DNA of 64,000 nucleotides from Bacteroidales bacterium (lineage in GTDB: Bacteria > Bacteroidota > Bacteroidia > Bacteroidales > UBA932), in the NCBI GenBank assembly GCA_017428035.1, contig JAFRRR010000132.1:1535-65534 (forward strand). The letters are read 5' to 3'. Within the stretch, counting starts at the first letter, position 1. Each line of letters begins with the position of its first letter. The notes beneath the pieces are model-generated. The model was not told the DNA's origin. It did no database searches and saw only the letters and a list, made by a program, of their open reading frames with translations. Both the position numbers and the translations under genes were made by a program. Of the stretch, positions 44,307-53,087 are shown in pieces.

Positions 44307-44314
44307 TATTTTTG
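44307..44314 (+). promoter_or_regulatory. -7 box TATTTTTG, 6 nt from ATG 44321
   Basis: Exact TAnnTTTG match. It overlaps the TTG start used by the ORF track, which argues for the ATG at 44321. Confidence 0.4.
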
Positions 44315-44320
44315 CATTAT

Positions 44321-44911
44321 ATGATCACCGAAAAACATCCGTTCGAGCCGTTTTTGCCTGCCGGTGCGCGAATGCTGTTCCTGGGCAGTTTCCCGCCGCC
44401 GGAACATCGCTGGAACATGCCATTTTACTATCCCAACTGGATAAATGACTTCTGGCGGATAATGGGGCTGATTCATTTTGCGGACAAAGACCATTTCTGC
44501 AATCTGAAAGAAAAGCGGTTTGATGAAGAAGCCATTCGGACGTTCTGCGCCCGGCTGGGACTCGCTTTCTACGACACCGCCTGCGAGGTTCGCCGTCTTA
44601 AAGACAATGCCTCCGACGCCTTTCTGGAGGTGGTGACTCCAACCGACCTGAAGGAGTTGCTTAGACGGATTCCGACCTGCACGTCAGTTGTGACCACCGG
44701 CCAGAAAGCATCGCTCCTGGCCGCGCAACAATTGATTTGCGATATCCCTCCGGTCGGAGGTTATGTAGATGTCAGCTTTGATAATGGTTCTGGGGAACGC
44801 GCCATCCGCTTTTGGCGTATGCCTTCCACATCCCGTGCATATCCACTTCCACTGAGCCGGAAAGCCGATTCTTACAGACGACTCTTTGAGCCAGTCCGCC
44901 GCGACATCTAA
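44321..44911 (+). CDS. Uracil-DNA glycosylase superfamily protein (family-6-like, deoxyinosine/hypoxanthine DNA glycosylase type)
   Basis: MITEKHPFEPFLPAGARMLFLGSFPPP...YYPNWINDFWRIMG. Confidence 0.7.
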   Translation: MITEKHPFEPFLPAGARMLFLGSFPPPEHRWNMPFYYPNWINDFWRIMGLIHFADKDHFCNLKEKRFDEEAIRTFCARLGLAFYDTACEVRRLKDNASDAFLEVVTPTDLKELLRRIPTCTSVVTTGQKASLLAAQQLICDIPPVGGYVDVSFDNGSGERAIRFWRMPSTSRAYPLPLSRKADSYRRLFEPVRRDI

Positions 44912-44913
44912 AC

Positions 44914-45993
44914 CTATTCCTCTTCTTCCAGGACCGTCCGGACGATGTCCCGGCCGGTGGCGTAGCTGCGCCATTTGGCCAGCAGAGCGCTGAAGTCGGC
45001 GGGTATTTCGCTGTCAAAGAAGATCTCCTTGCCCGTGGTGGGGTGGATGAATCCCAGCGTCTTGGCATGCAGCGCCTGGCGCGGCATGATCTGGAAGCAG
45101 TTGTCTATGAACTGTTTGTACTTGGCGTAGATGGGCCCCTTGAGCACCCTGTCGCCGCCGTAGCGGTCGTCGTTGAAAAGCGGGTGCCCGATGTAATTCA
45201 TATGGACGCGGATTTGATGGGTGCGGCCCGTCTCCAGATTGCATTCCACCAGAGTGGTATAGCCAAAGCGCTCCAGAACCCGGTAGTGGGTGATGGCGGT
45301 CTTGCCCTGGCTGCCGTCTTCGAACACCTTGAACCGCATACGGTCGTTGGGGTCGCGGCCAATGTTGCCCTCTATGGTGCCGGCGTCGTCGGCCACATTG
45401 CCCCATACCAGGGCCCAGTAGGTGCGCTTGATAGTGTGCTCGAAAAACTGCCCCGCCAGTTTCATCTGAGAAATCTCGTTCTTGGCCACCACCAGCAGCC
45501 CGGAGGTGTCCTTGTCTATGCGGTGCACCAGCACGCCCATCCGCTCGTCGGGGGCGTCTGCGTCCTGGCTGATGCCCAGGTGATAGGCCAGTGCGTTGAC
45601 CAGAGTGCCCGAGAAATGACCGAAACCGGGGTGTACCACCAGCCCGGCGGGTTTGTTCACTATCAGAAGGTCGTCGTCTTCGTACACGATGTCCAGCGGA
45701 ATAGGCTCCGGATGAACCTCAAAACCCCGCCGCTGGTAGGGGAGCATTATGGTGATGACGTCGTCAGGCTTGACCTTGTAGTTGGCCTTGACCGGCCGGC
45801 CGCCGACCCGCACGTACTGCGCCTCCAGCGCCAGCTGGATGCGGTGGCGCGAGGTCTGCTCCATCTTGCTTACGATGTAGCGGTCTATGCGCAAGGGACT
45901 CTGCCCCTTGTCCACCACAAACCGATAGTGCTCGAACAGTTGCTCGTCACTTTCGCTCTGCTCAAGCTCTTCGTCCAGAAGGTCTTCGGCCAT
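44914..45993 (-). CDS. rluD: RluA-family 23S rRNA pseudouridine synthase (RluD-like) with S4 domain
   Basis: 359 aa. LIVNKPAGLVVHPG, HRIDKDTSGLLVVAKN, GRTHQIRVHM. Confidence 0.9.
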   Translation of the reverse strand: MAEDLLDEELEQSESDEQLFEHYRFVVDKGQSPLRIDRYIVSKMEQTSRHRIQLALEAQYVRVGGRPVKANYKVKPDDVITIMLPYQRRGFEVHPEPIPLDIVYEDDDLLIVNKPAGLVVHPGFGHFSGTLVNALAYHLGISQDADAPDERMGVLVHRIDKDTSGLLVVAKNEISQMKLAGQFFEHTIKRTYWALVWGNVADDAGTIEGNIGRDPNDRMRFKVFEDGSQGKTAITHYRVLERFGYTTLVECNLETGRTHQIRVHMNYIGHPLFNDDRYGGDRVLKGPIYAKYKQFIDNCFQIMPRQALHAKTLGFIHPTTGKEIFFDSEIPADFSALLAKWRSYATGRDIVRTVLEEEE

Positions 45994-46770
45994 CTATTTT
46001 ATCTTATCGGGATTAACGGTCAGGTAAATATCCACGCTGCGTCCCATACCCGCGGGAGTGCCGCCGGCGGGGGACTGGCTGTAAACCACGGCGTGCAGGC
46101 TGTCGGCGTAGTTCTTCACGCTGTCGTCATAGCGCATCTTGCCTACATTCAAAGAGTTCTCTATGATGTTGGAGGCGGCGACGCTGCCGGTGAAGCCCTT
46201 CACGTTGGGCACGCTGGTGGTGTTGTCATCTTCGTTGAGACCCAGCACCAGGTCAATCTTGCTTTCGGTTTCCAGCTTGCGGCCGCTGGGGATGTCCTTG
46301 CCCTTGTATTGCTGCCGCAGCACATTGTTGGTGGCGATGTCGCTCACGTATGTCAGCTTGCCCACGCCAAGGCCGCTGGCCGCCAGTTCTGCCTGCGCCT
46401 GCCGCAGCGAATAACCTATCACAGAAGGCACCGATACCATACGAGGCACGGTGGAATTGATGGTGATGAAGATGCGGCGGTTCTTTTTCACGCGGCTGCC
46501 GGCCACGGGGTTCTGGGAGAATACCACGCCCAGAGGCAGATGTTTCACAAACACGCTGTCGGCCACCTCCACGCGAAGGTTCAGGTTGCGGGCCACCTTG
46601 TGCACGGTGGTCATATCCAGTGCCGTGAAGTCGGGCACCGTGAGCTCTTTGTTGTGGCGGGTAAACAGCGCCAGGAATAGCTGCAGCAGCAACACCAGGA
46701 CAATCACAAACACGATGCCCCAGATAAAATTGCGCAACAGCGGCTTATCTTTGAGTGAAAATCTTGCCAT
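45994..46770 (-). CDS. PASTA-domain membrane protein
   Basis: Start MARFSLKDKP at 46770. One TM helix, then three PASTA-like repeats (VPDF.., VPSVIGYSLRQAQ, VPNVKGFTG). Confidence 0.75.
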   Translation of the reverse strand: MARFSLKDKPLLRNFIWGIVFVIVLVLLLQLFLALFTRHNKELTVPDFTALDMTTVHKVARNLNLRVEVADSVFVKHLPLGVVFSQNPVAGSRVKKNRRIFITINSTVPRMVSVPSVIGYSLRQAQAELAASGLGVGKLTYVSDIATNNVLRQQYKGKDIPSGRKLETESKIDLVLGLNEDDNTTSVPNVKGFTGSVAASNIIENSLNVGKMRYDDSVKNYADSLHAVVYSQSPAGGTPAGMGRSVDIYLTVNPDKIK

Positions 46771-46777
46771 AATGACA

Positions 46778-46785
46778 CAAAGATA
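46778..46785 (-). promoter_or_regulatory. -7 box TATCTTTG (minus strand), 7 nt from ATG 46770
   Basis: Plus-strand caaagata. Confidence 0.4.
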
Positions 46786-46787
46786 AC

Positions 46788-46795
46788 TAATTTTG
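46788..46795 (+). promoter_or_regulatory. -7 box TAATTTTG for the prenyltransferase gene
   Basis: 15 nt upstream of ATG 46811. Confidence 0.4.
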
Positions 46796-46810
46796 CAAAG
46801 CTTAAAACAA

Positions 46811-47716
46811 ATGTTAATGAAACACAGCTTTAAAGAATGGTTAGCCGTGACCAGATACTGGTCTTTCCCCGTTTCCACAATGCCCGTAATAGTCACATTC
46901 GCCTGGCTCTTCAGCCGTGGCGAGATTCCCTGTGAATTCAAGCCGTATCTGGTGCTGATCCTTTCGCTGCTGGGCGTGATGCTGCTTCACGCTGCCGGCA
47001 ATGTGCTCAGCGACTGGTTTGACTATCGCAGCGGGGTGGACAACGAGAAGGCCTTTGCCGTGCCCAACCTGGTGTTCAAAAAGTTTGAGCCCAAAGAGTA
47101 CCTGAGGTTCAGCATAATACTATTCATCCTTGGCATCGCCGCCGGCATAGCCGTGACTTTGCTCAGCGGCACCGGCCTGCTGATTATTGGCGGGGCGGCA
47201 GTGCTGCTCACAATGCTTTATTCTTTCCTTAAATACCACGCCCTCGGCGATTTGGACATCTTTATCATTTTTGGCGTCCTTACTGTGCTTGGCGCAGCCT
47301 ATGCTTTTACCGGAACCTTCCGCCCCGACGCGCTGATACTGGCTATTCCAGTGGGCATCATCACCGTTTCTGTGCTTCACGCCAACAATACCTACGACAC
47401 CAACAGCGACCGCGAGGCTGGCATCAAAACCTTTGGTATGCTCATAGGTCTCAAGGCATCGGCAATACTCTACTGCATCTATATGGTGATTCCGTTTGCC
47501 TGCATCATTGCCTATGTGATTGCCGGGCTTATGCATCCGCTTGCGCTGCTTTGCCTGCTGGCTGCAGTGCCCGCATTCAAGAATCTGAAAAAGGCAGCCA
47601 CATATAAGCAGAACGGATTGGAGGCGATGGCCGGCCTGGACCAGGGTTCCGCCAAACTGCAGATGGTATTTTCGCTGCTGCTTTCCGTGGGTCTGATTAT
47701 CGCCGGACTTATATGA
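46811..47716 (+). CDS. UbiA-family aromatic prenyltransferase (MenA-like)
   Basis: Polytopic membrane protein. Asp-rich motif GNVLSDWFDYRSGVD and a second motif NNTYDTNSD. Confidence 0.75.
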   Translation: MLMKHSFKEWLAVTRYWSFPVSTMPVIVTFAWLFSRGEIPCEFKPYLVLILSLLGVMLLHAAGNVLSDWFDYRSGVDNEKAFAVPNLVFKKFEPKEYLRFSIILFILGIAAGIAVTLLSGTGLLIIGGAAVLLTMLYSFLKYHALGDLDIFIIFGVLTVLGAAYAFTGTFRPDALILAIPVGIITVSVLHANNTYDTNSDREAGIKTFGMLIGLKASAILYCIYMVIPFACIIAYVIAGLMHPLALLCLLAAVPAFKNLKKAATYKQNGLEAMAGLDQGSAKLQMVFSLLLSVGLIIAGLI

Positions 47717-48354
47717 AAACCCGCCGCAATCTTTTAGTTGCGATACTGGCCGCAGCCCTGCTGTGGTTCTATATGTTCAGCCCCTGGACCGCCGGGCGGC
47801 CCAATTTCTGGCTGGTGATGTGCTGCTCTGCAGCGATTCTCACTACCCTGGCGGTGTCTTTCACCCCTAAGGACGAAAGAAAAATCCGGATCGAACGACC
47901 CCTGCTGCAAATCGTGGCCGGCGTGGCCATAGCCTTTGCACTGTGGGGCATCTTCTGGATAGGGGACAAGGCCTCCCAGTGGCTGTTTGCCTTTGCCCGT
48001 GTGGAGGTTGACGCCGTGTATTCTATGAAAACCGGACTGCCGGTGTGGCTCATAGGGCTTCTGCTGCTGGTGCTGATTGGCCCGGCTGAGGAGTTTTTCT
48101 GGCGCGGATATGTGCAGAAGACCTTCACAAAGCTGTTTGCCGGCAAACGTGCCGCCGACTGTGCCTTCATAGCCACCGCGGCCATTTATGCCCTGGTGCA
48201 CATCTGGTCGCTCAATTTTATGCTGATTATAGCGGCGCTGGTGGCGGGCCTGGTGTGGGGATTCATCTACCGCATTTGCCCCAAGGCCCTGCCGGCCCTG
48301 ATTATCAGCCACGCCCTCTGGGACTTGCTGGTATTTGTGCTGCTGCCCATTTAG
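47713..48354 (+). CDS. CPBP-family intramembrane glutamic endopeptidase (CAAX protease-like)
   Basis: PAEEFFWRGYVQ (EExxxR), YALVHIW and SHALWD motifs. ATGA overlap with the upstream gene. Confidence 0.8.
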   Translation: MKTRRNLLVAILAAALLWFYMFSPWTAGRPNFWLVMCCSAAILTTLAVSFTPKDERKIRIERPLLQIVAGVAIAFALWGIFWIGDKASQWLFAFARVEVDAVYSMKTGLPVWLIGLLLLVLIGPAEEFFWRGYVQKTFTKLFAGKRAADCAFIATAAIYALVHIWSLNFMLIIAALVAGLVWGFIYRICPKALPALIISHALWDLLVFVLLPI

Positions 48355-48397
48355 CGGAATAATCACTATCTTTACAAGACAATTAAACCATAATCTT

Positions 48398-48841
48398 ATG
48401 CTGGAAGATATAATTCAACAGGACATAAAGGCCGCTATGCTGGCCAAGGACAGTGTGGCGCTGGCATCGGTGCGCGCCATCAAGGCTGCTATTCTGCTGG
48501 CCAAAACTGCCGAAAACGGCAAGCCGGTGGATGACGCCGAAATAGTGAAGATAATCCAGAAGCTGGTAAAGCAGCGCAAAGAAAGCGCCGAAATCTACTC
48601 CCAGCAGAATCGTCCCGAACTTGCAGACAACGAGCTTGCAGAGGTGGCCGTGATGGAGCGGTATCTCCCCAAGCAACTCTCCGAGGCTGAGATAGAAGAG
48701 GCCCTGAAGGGAATAATTGCCCAGGTGGGAGCCACCTCTATGGCCGATATGGGCAAGGTGATGGGCACCGCCACCAAAGCCCTGGCAGGCCAGGCAGACG
48801 GCAAAGTGATCAGCGCACTGGTTCGCAAACTCCTCGCATAA
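48398..48841 (+). CDS. GatB/YqeY domain protein
   Basis: Start MLEDIIQQDIKAAMLAKD at 48398. ...LAEVAVMERYLPKQLSEAEIE... Confidence 0.85.
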   Translation: MLEDIIQQDIKAAMLAKDSVALASVRAIKAAILLAKTAENGKPVDDAEIVKIIQKLVKQRKESAEIYSQQNRPELADNELAEVAVMERYLPKQLSEAEIEEALKGIIAQVGATSMADMGKVMGTATKALAGQADGKVISALVRKLLA

Positions 48842-48851
48842 AACCATAACT

Positions 48852-51218
48852 ATGAAAAAGATAGCTCTTATCGCGGCAGCGCTGCTGGCGGCGGCGCAGG
48901 CCTTTGCACAATCGTTTGACATTCAGCTCGCCACCGGAGCTACAATGCGCGTCCAGGCTTGCCGGGACGACATTTTCAGGATTCAAGTTTCAGAAAATGG
49001 ATTGTTTCCGGAGTCGATAATGATCCGCTACGGCATTTTCCGCGACAGTTGGGACGATGTCGGGGCCAAGATGGAAGGCGGCGCCGGGAAGGTGGTCATT
49101 AAAACTGCAAAGTATGCCCTTTCGGTGAATAATGCCACCGGAGTGGCCTCGCTGGCCGATGCCGAGGGCAATGTCCTGATCAAGTCCATCGAATACCTCG
49201 ACAGCAAGGCGCCGCGGATGGGCGTATATGCCGACAGTTACAATCAGCAGTTCCGCTATCTGAACGAGCACGTCAATATCATTGGCAGCGACCACTGGGA
49301 GCAGAACACCGATATGGGTGTGGATATCACCGACAAGAGCAAGACCAGCGCCATAAGGCTTTCCCTTGAAGAAGGAGAGCGGCTCTACGGCGGCGGCAGC
49401 ACCAGCCGAAAGCACCTGCAGCACCGCGGCGAGGTGCTTCGCATCTTCACCACCTACGCCAATACGGAGAATGTGAATCCGTTCATAATGAACACCGGCG
49501 GCTGGGCCATCCTGAACAATACCACCAACATCAGCTTTATGGACTGCGGCGTTAGCGAGCCGGACAATCTGCTGGCCTTCAATTCGGTGAAGGGAGCCGA
49601 TTTCTATCTGATGGCGGGCGGGGATATGCTGACCCTGCTGCAGCGCTACCACGACATTGCCGGTAATAACTACCTGCTGCCCCGCTGGGCCTACGGATGC
49701 AGCTTTGGCCCTCACCTGAACAGCGACGCCTTTGTGTTTATGAACGAGGCGGTCAAGTTCATAGAGCAGGGCTATCCTATGGATATGATGTGGGTTGAAC
49801 CGCAGTGGATGGAGACCTACTACGACTGGACCACCAAAAAGAAATGGGACTACAAGAAGTTCCCCGGCCAGCCTTACTGGTATTCAAACGAAACAGTGAA
49901 CGGCGAGCACGGCGGCAGCTTCATTTCCCGAATGCACGCGCTGGGCTACAAGATATGCCTCTGGCTGAATATCGACACAGACCTCTCGGTTATGGAAGAG
50001 GACCGGCTGGCCAGGGAAAACGGCGGAAAACTTTCGGGACAGGAGAACTGGTTCGACCATCTGAAAAAGTTTCTGGGCAACGGCGTGGACGGCTTCAAGC
50101 TTGACCCCGGCCAGACCGTGGACCGCCACCCCAACCGGAAATACTATAACGGATATACCGATGCCGAGATGCACGAGGTGAACCAGGTGCTGCTGCCCAA
50201 GCAGTTCCTGGCAATGAACCGTGACTTCCGCGCCACCCGTTCGTTCCACCACTACTGCGGCGGCTTTGCCGGAACGCAGCACTACACCGCAGCCACCACC
50301 GGCGACAGCGGCGGCGGGGTGCAGGTGCTCTACGACCAGCTCAACCTGCAGCTGAGCGGCTATAACAACACCAGCTGCGACGTTGCCGCCAGCACCGACG
50401 GCCTCCATATGGGCATATTCCTCCCCTGGATGCAGATAAACAGCTGGTACAGCTTCAAGGAGCCCTGGTATCAGCCTTTGGACGAACAGCCGGTCTACCG
50501 CAACTATCTGCAGCTGCGCAACCGTATGGTGCCCTATACCTACAGCGCCGCGCTAAAGGGCACTGTAGACGGCACTCCGGTGATGATGCCTATGCCTATG
50601 GCTTTCCCTGATGACCGCAATTGCGACGATATGGCCAATGCCTATATGTACGGCGAGGGCCTTCTGGTCACCGTTTTCAGCGACACCGTATATCTGCCCG
50701 AAGGCACCTGGTACGACTTCTGGACCAACGAGAAAAGGGAGAGCAAGGGCGAATCGTTCCCGGCCGAGTTTGACCACTCGCAGTACGGCGGCCCCGTGTT
50801 CGTAAAGGGCGGAGCCATAATTCCGTTCCAGCACGTGGCAAATCACGCCTGCGAGAAGCCGCTGGACACCATTGTATTGAATGTTTGGCCTGCCGACAAG
50901 GGTGAGTACACCTTCTGGGAAGATGACGGCACCACCTACGAACACGAAAACGGAGCCATTGCCCGCACCCGTTTCAGCTACGAAAAGAAGGGGCGCAAAC
51001 TGACTCTGGCAGTCGATCCGGTAGAAGGCTCGTATGAGGGAATGCACACCAGCCGCACCTATGAGGTCAAGATGACCCTGGCGCGCAAGCCCCGCCGCAT
51101 CAAGGCCGACGGTAGCCGCATCAAAGATTTCGTGTGGGACAAAGAGCGCAAGACGGTGACCTTCTGCGCAGGTCATCCCGACACCGCACAGCCTCTTGAG
51201 GTCAAGATAAAACTCTAA
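48852..51218 (+). CDS. Secreted GH31-family glycoside hydrolase
   Basis: 788 aa with a signal peptide. YGGG...; MDMMWVEPQW; VDGFKLDPG; C-terminal GGPVFVKGGAIIPF and beta-sandwich domains typical of GH31. Confidence 0.7.
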   Translation: MKKIALIAAALLAAAQAFAQSFDIQLATGATMRVQACRDDIFRIQVSENGLFPESIMIRYGIFRDSWDDVGAKMEGGAGKVVIKTAKYALSVNNATGVASLADAEGNVLIKSIEYLDSKAPRMGVYADSYNQQFRYLNEHVNIIGSDHWEQNTDMGVDITDKSKTSAIRLSLEEGERLYGGGSTSRKHLQHRGEVLRIFTTYANTENVNPFIMNTGGWAILNNTTNISFMDCGVSEPDNLLAFNSVKGADFYLMAGGDMLTLLQRYHDIAGNNYLLPRWAYGCSFGPHLNSDAFVFMNEAVKFIEQGYPMDMMWVEPQWMETYYDWTTKKKWDYKKFPGQPYWYSNETVNGEHGGSFISRMHALGYKICLWLNIDTDLSVMEEDRLARENGGKLSGQENWFDHLKKFLGNGVDGFKLDPGQTVDRHPNRKYYNGYTDAEMHEVNQVLLPKQFLAMNRDFRATRSFHHYCGGFAGTQHYTAATTGDSGGGVQVLYDQLNLQLSGYNNTSCDVAASTDGLHMGIFLPWMQINSWYSFKEPWYQPLDEQPVYRNYLQLRNRMVPYTYSAALKGTVDGTPVMMPMPMAFPDDRNCDDMANAYMYGEGLLVTVFSDTVYLPEGTWYDFWTNEKRESKGESFPAEFDHSQYGGPVFVKGGAIIPFQHVANHACEKPLDTIVLNVWPADKGEYTFWEDDGTTYEHENGAIARTRFSYEKKGRKLTLAVDPVEGSYEGMHTSRTYEVKMTLARKPRRIKADGSRIKDFVWDKERKTVTFCAGHPDTAQPLEVKIKL

Positions 51219-51221
51219 GGA

Positions 51222-52082
51222 TTACTCAAATACCACCGTCTTGTTCTTGTAGACCATCACCTTGCGGTCTATGTGCTTCAAGACAGCGCGGGAGAGCACG
51301 ATCTTTTCCAGATCCTTGCCCTTGCTGATTATGGATTCCACCGAATCCTTGTGGGTGATGCGTGCGACATCCTGCTCAATGATAGGACCGGCGTCCAGCT
51401 CGCTAGTGACATAGTGGCTGGTCGCCCCTATTATTTTCACACCGCGGTCAAACGCCTGGTGATAGGGCTTGGCACCCACGAATGCGGGCAGGAAGGAGTG
51501 GTGGATATTGATGATCCGGTCGGGATAAGCCTTTATGAATTCGTCGCTTATGACCTGCATATATCGGGCAAGCACTATGAAGGTCACATTGTTCTTCCTG
51601 AGCAAATCCAGCTCGGCAGCCTCCTGGGCCGCCTTGTTTTCCGGTGTGATGTTGAACACGTGGTAGGCGATGCCAAACTTTTCCGCCACCGGCCTCAAGT
51701 CTTCGTGGTTGCTGACAATCAGCGGGATATCCACGTTCCATTCGTCGGCGCTCCAGCGGGCCAGCATATCGTAGAGGCAGTGGGACATCTTGCTCACGAA
51801 GATGGCCATACGGGGTTTCTGCTCTGCAAAGTAGAGCCTGAACTGCATATCGTATTTCTGACCGTACAGCGTGCCGAAATATTCGCCTATGCGCTCTTTG
51901 GGAATCAGGAAAGAGGTAATGTCCCACTCGACCCTCATAAAGAAGGCGTTGTTGGCGTGGTCTACGTACTGGTCCAGATATATGATATTACCCTTGTTTA
52001 CAGTGATGAAGTTTGATATCTCTGCAATGATGCCCGGCACGTCGGGGCAGTGGATAAGCAATATGGCGGTGTTTTTCTTCAT
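51222..52082 (-). CDS. purU: Formyltetrahydrofolate deformylase
   Basis: Real start MKKNTAILLIHCPDVPGIIAEIS at 52082 (ACT domain), then the formyltransferase core INIHHSFLPAF.GAKPYHQA. I reject the upstream part of the 630-aa track ORF. Confidence 0.92.
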   Translation of the reverse strand: MKKNTAILLIHCPDVPGIIAEISNFITVNKGNIIYLDQYVDHANNAFFMRVEWDITSFLIPKERIGEYFGTLYGQKYDMQFRLYFAEQKPRMAIFVSKMSHCLYDMLARWSADEWNVDIPLIVSNHEDLRPVAEKFGIAYHVFNITPENKAAQEAAELDLLRKNNVTFIVLARYMQVISDEFIKAYPDRIINIHHSFLPAFVGAKPYHQAFDRGVKIIGATSHYVTSELDAGPIIEQDVARITHKDSVESIISKGKDLEKIVLSRAVLKHIDRKVMVYKNKTVVFE

Positions 52083-52089
52083 AACAACG

Positions 52090-52097
52090 CAAAAGTA
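52090..52097 (-). promoter_or_regulatory. -7 box TACTTTTG (minus strand), 7 nt from purU ATG
   Basis: Plus-strand caaaagta. Confidence 0.4.
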
Positions 52098-52129
52098 TAG
52101 ATATTCTTGAATTTGAAGAAAAATAAATC

Positions 52130-52137
52130 TACTTTTG
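52130..52137 (+). promoter_or_regulatory. -7 box TACTTTTG, 5 nt from thrB ATG
   Basis: Exact TAnnTTTG match. Confidence 0.4.
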
Positions 52138-52142
52138 CCCCT

Positions 52143-53087
52143 ATGAGAAAGATCAGAGTATTCGCTCCTGCAACCGTTGCCAATATGGGCTGCGGCTTCG
52201 ATATAATGGGTATGACGCTGGACGCCGTAGGCGATGTCCTTTCTGTGGAAATCGGCGAAGGTGACAGCCTCACCATAATCAACAACAGCAAGCAGAAACT
52301 GCCCGAAGACATAGAGCAGAATGTGATTACGCCCGCCGTACGTGCCTTTATGAAGGAGTACGGGGTGCCTATGTCCATCACCGTCACCGTAGAGCACAAG
52401 ATTGCCCCCGGCAGCGGCATCGGCAGCAGCGCGGCCTCTTCTGCCGCCGCGGTATATGCCCTGAACGAGCTTCTGGACCATCCTTATCCCGATGAGAAGC
52501 TGGTGGAATTTGCAATGGAAGGGGAGAAACTGATCAGCGGTGGCACACCTCACGCCGACAATGTGGGTCCGTCCATCCTGGGCGGCGTGGTGCTGCTTCG
52601 CGGATACGACCCGCTGGACGTGGTGCGCCTGCCGGTTCCCGGCCGTTTCTGCTGCGCAGTGGCCCATCCCGCGATTATGGTCTCTACCCGCGAGGCCCGC
52701 GAAGTGCTTCCTAAAGACATCCCTTTGCGTATGGCTGTGAAGCAGTGGGGCAATGTGGCGGGTCTGGTGGCCGGCCTGGCAGAGGGCGATGTGGCCCTGA
52801 TAGGCCGCTCTATGCAGGATGTGGTGGTGGAGCCCTACCGAAAGCATTTCATTCCCGGGTTTGACGAGCTCCGCAAGAAGGTGCTGGAGGTTGGCGCGCT
52901 GGCAATGAACATCTCCGGCGCGGGTCCGTCTGTGTTTGCCCTCTGCGAGAGTATGACTCTGGCCGACAGGGCGGGAGAGGTTATGAAAGCCCACTTTTTG
53001 CAATACAACATAGAGTCCAACATCTATGTCTCCAAGATTTCCAACCGCGGTGCACGCACCCTGGTGGACTATAACTTCGCAGGCTGA
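52143..53087 (+). CDS. thrB: Homoserine kinase (GHMP family)
   Basis: MRKIRVFAPATVANMGCGFD...PGSGIGSSAASSAAAV. Confidence 0.9.
   Translation: MRKIRVFAPATVANMGCGFDIMGMTLDAVGDVLSVEIGEGDSLTIINNSKQKLPEDIEQNVITPAVRAFMKEYGVPMSITVTVEHKIAPGSGIGSSAASSAAAVYALNELLDHPYPDEKLVEFAMEGEKLISGGTPHADNVGPSILGGVVLLRGYDPLDVVRLPVPGRFCCAVAHPAIMVSTREAREVLPKDIPLRMAVKQWGNVAGLVAGLAEGDVALIGRSMQDVVVEPYRKHFIPGFDELRKKVLEVGALAMNISGAGPSVFALCESMTLADRAGEVMKAHFLQYNIESNIYVSKISNRGARTLVDYNFAG

Noticed and set aside
45043-46680. 545-aa plus-strand ORF
   Set aside because: It is antisense to both rluD and the PASTA-domain gene, crossing their junction. The product is a low-complexity Val/His/Gly/Ala-rich sequence. The opposite-strand genes carry unmistakable family motifs.
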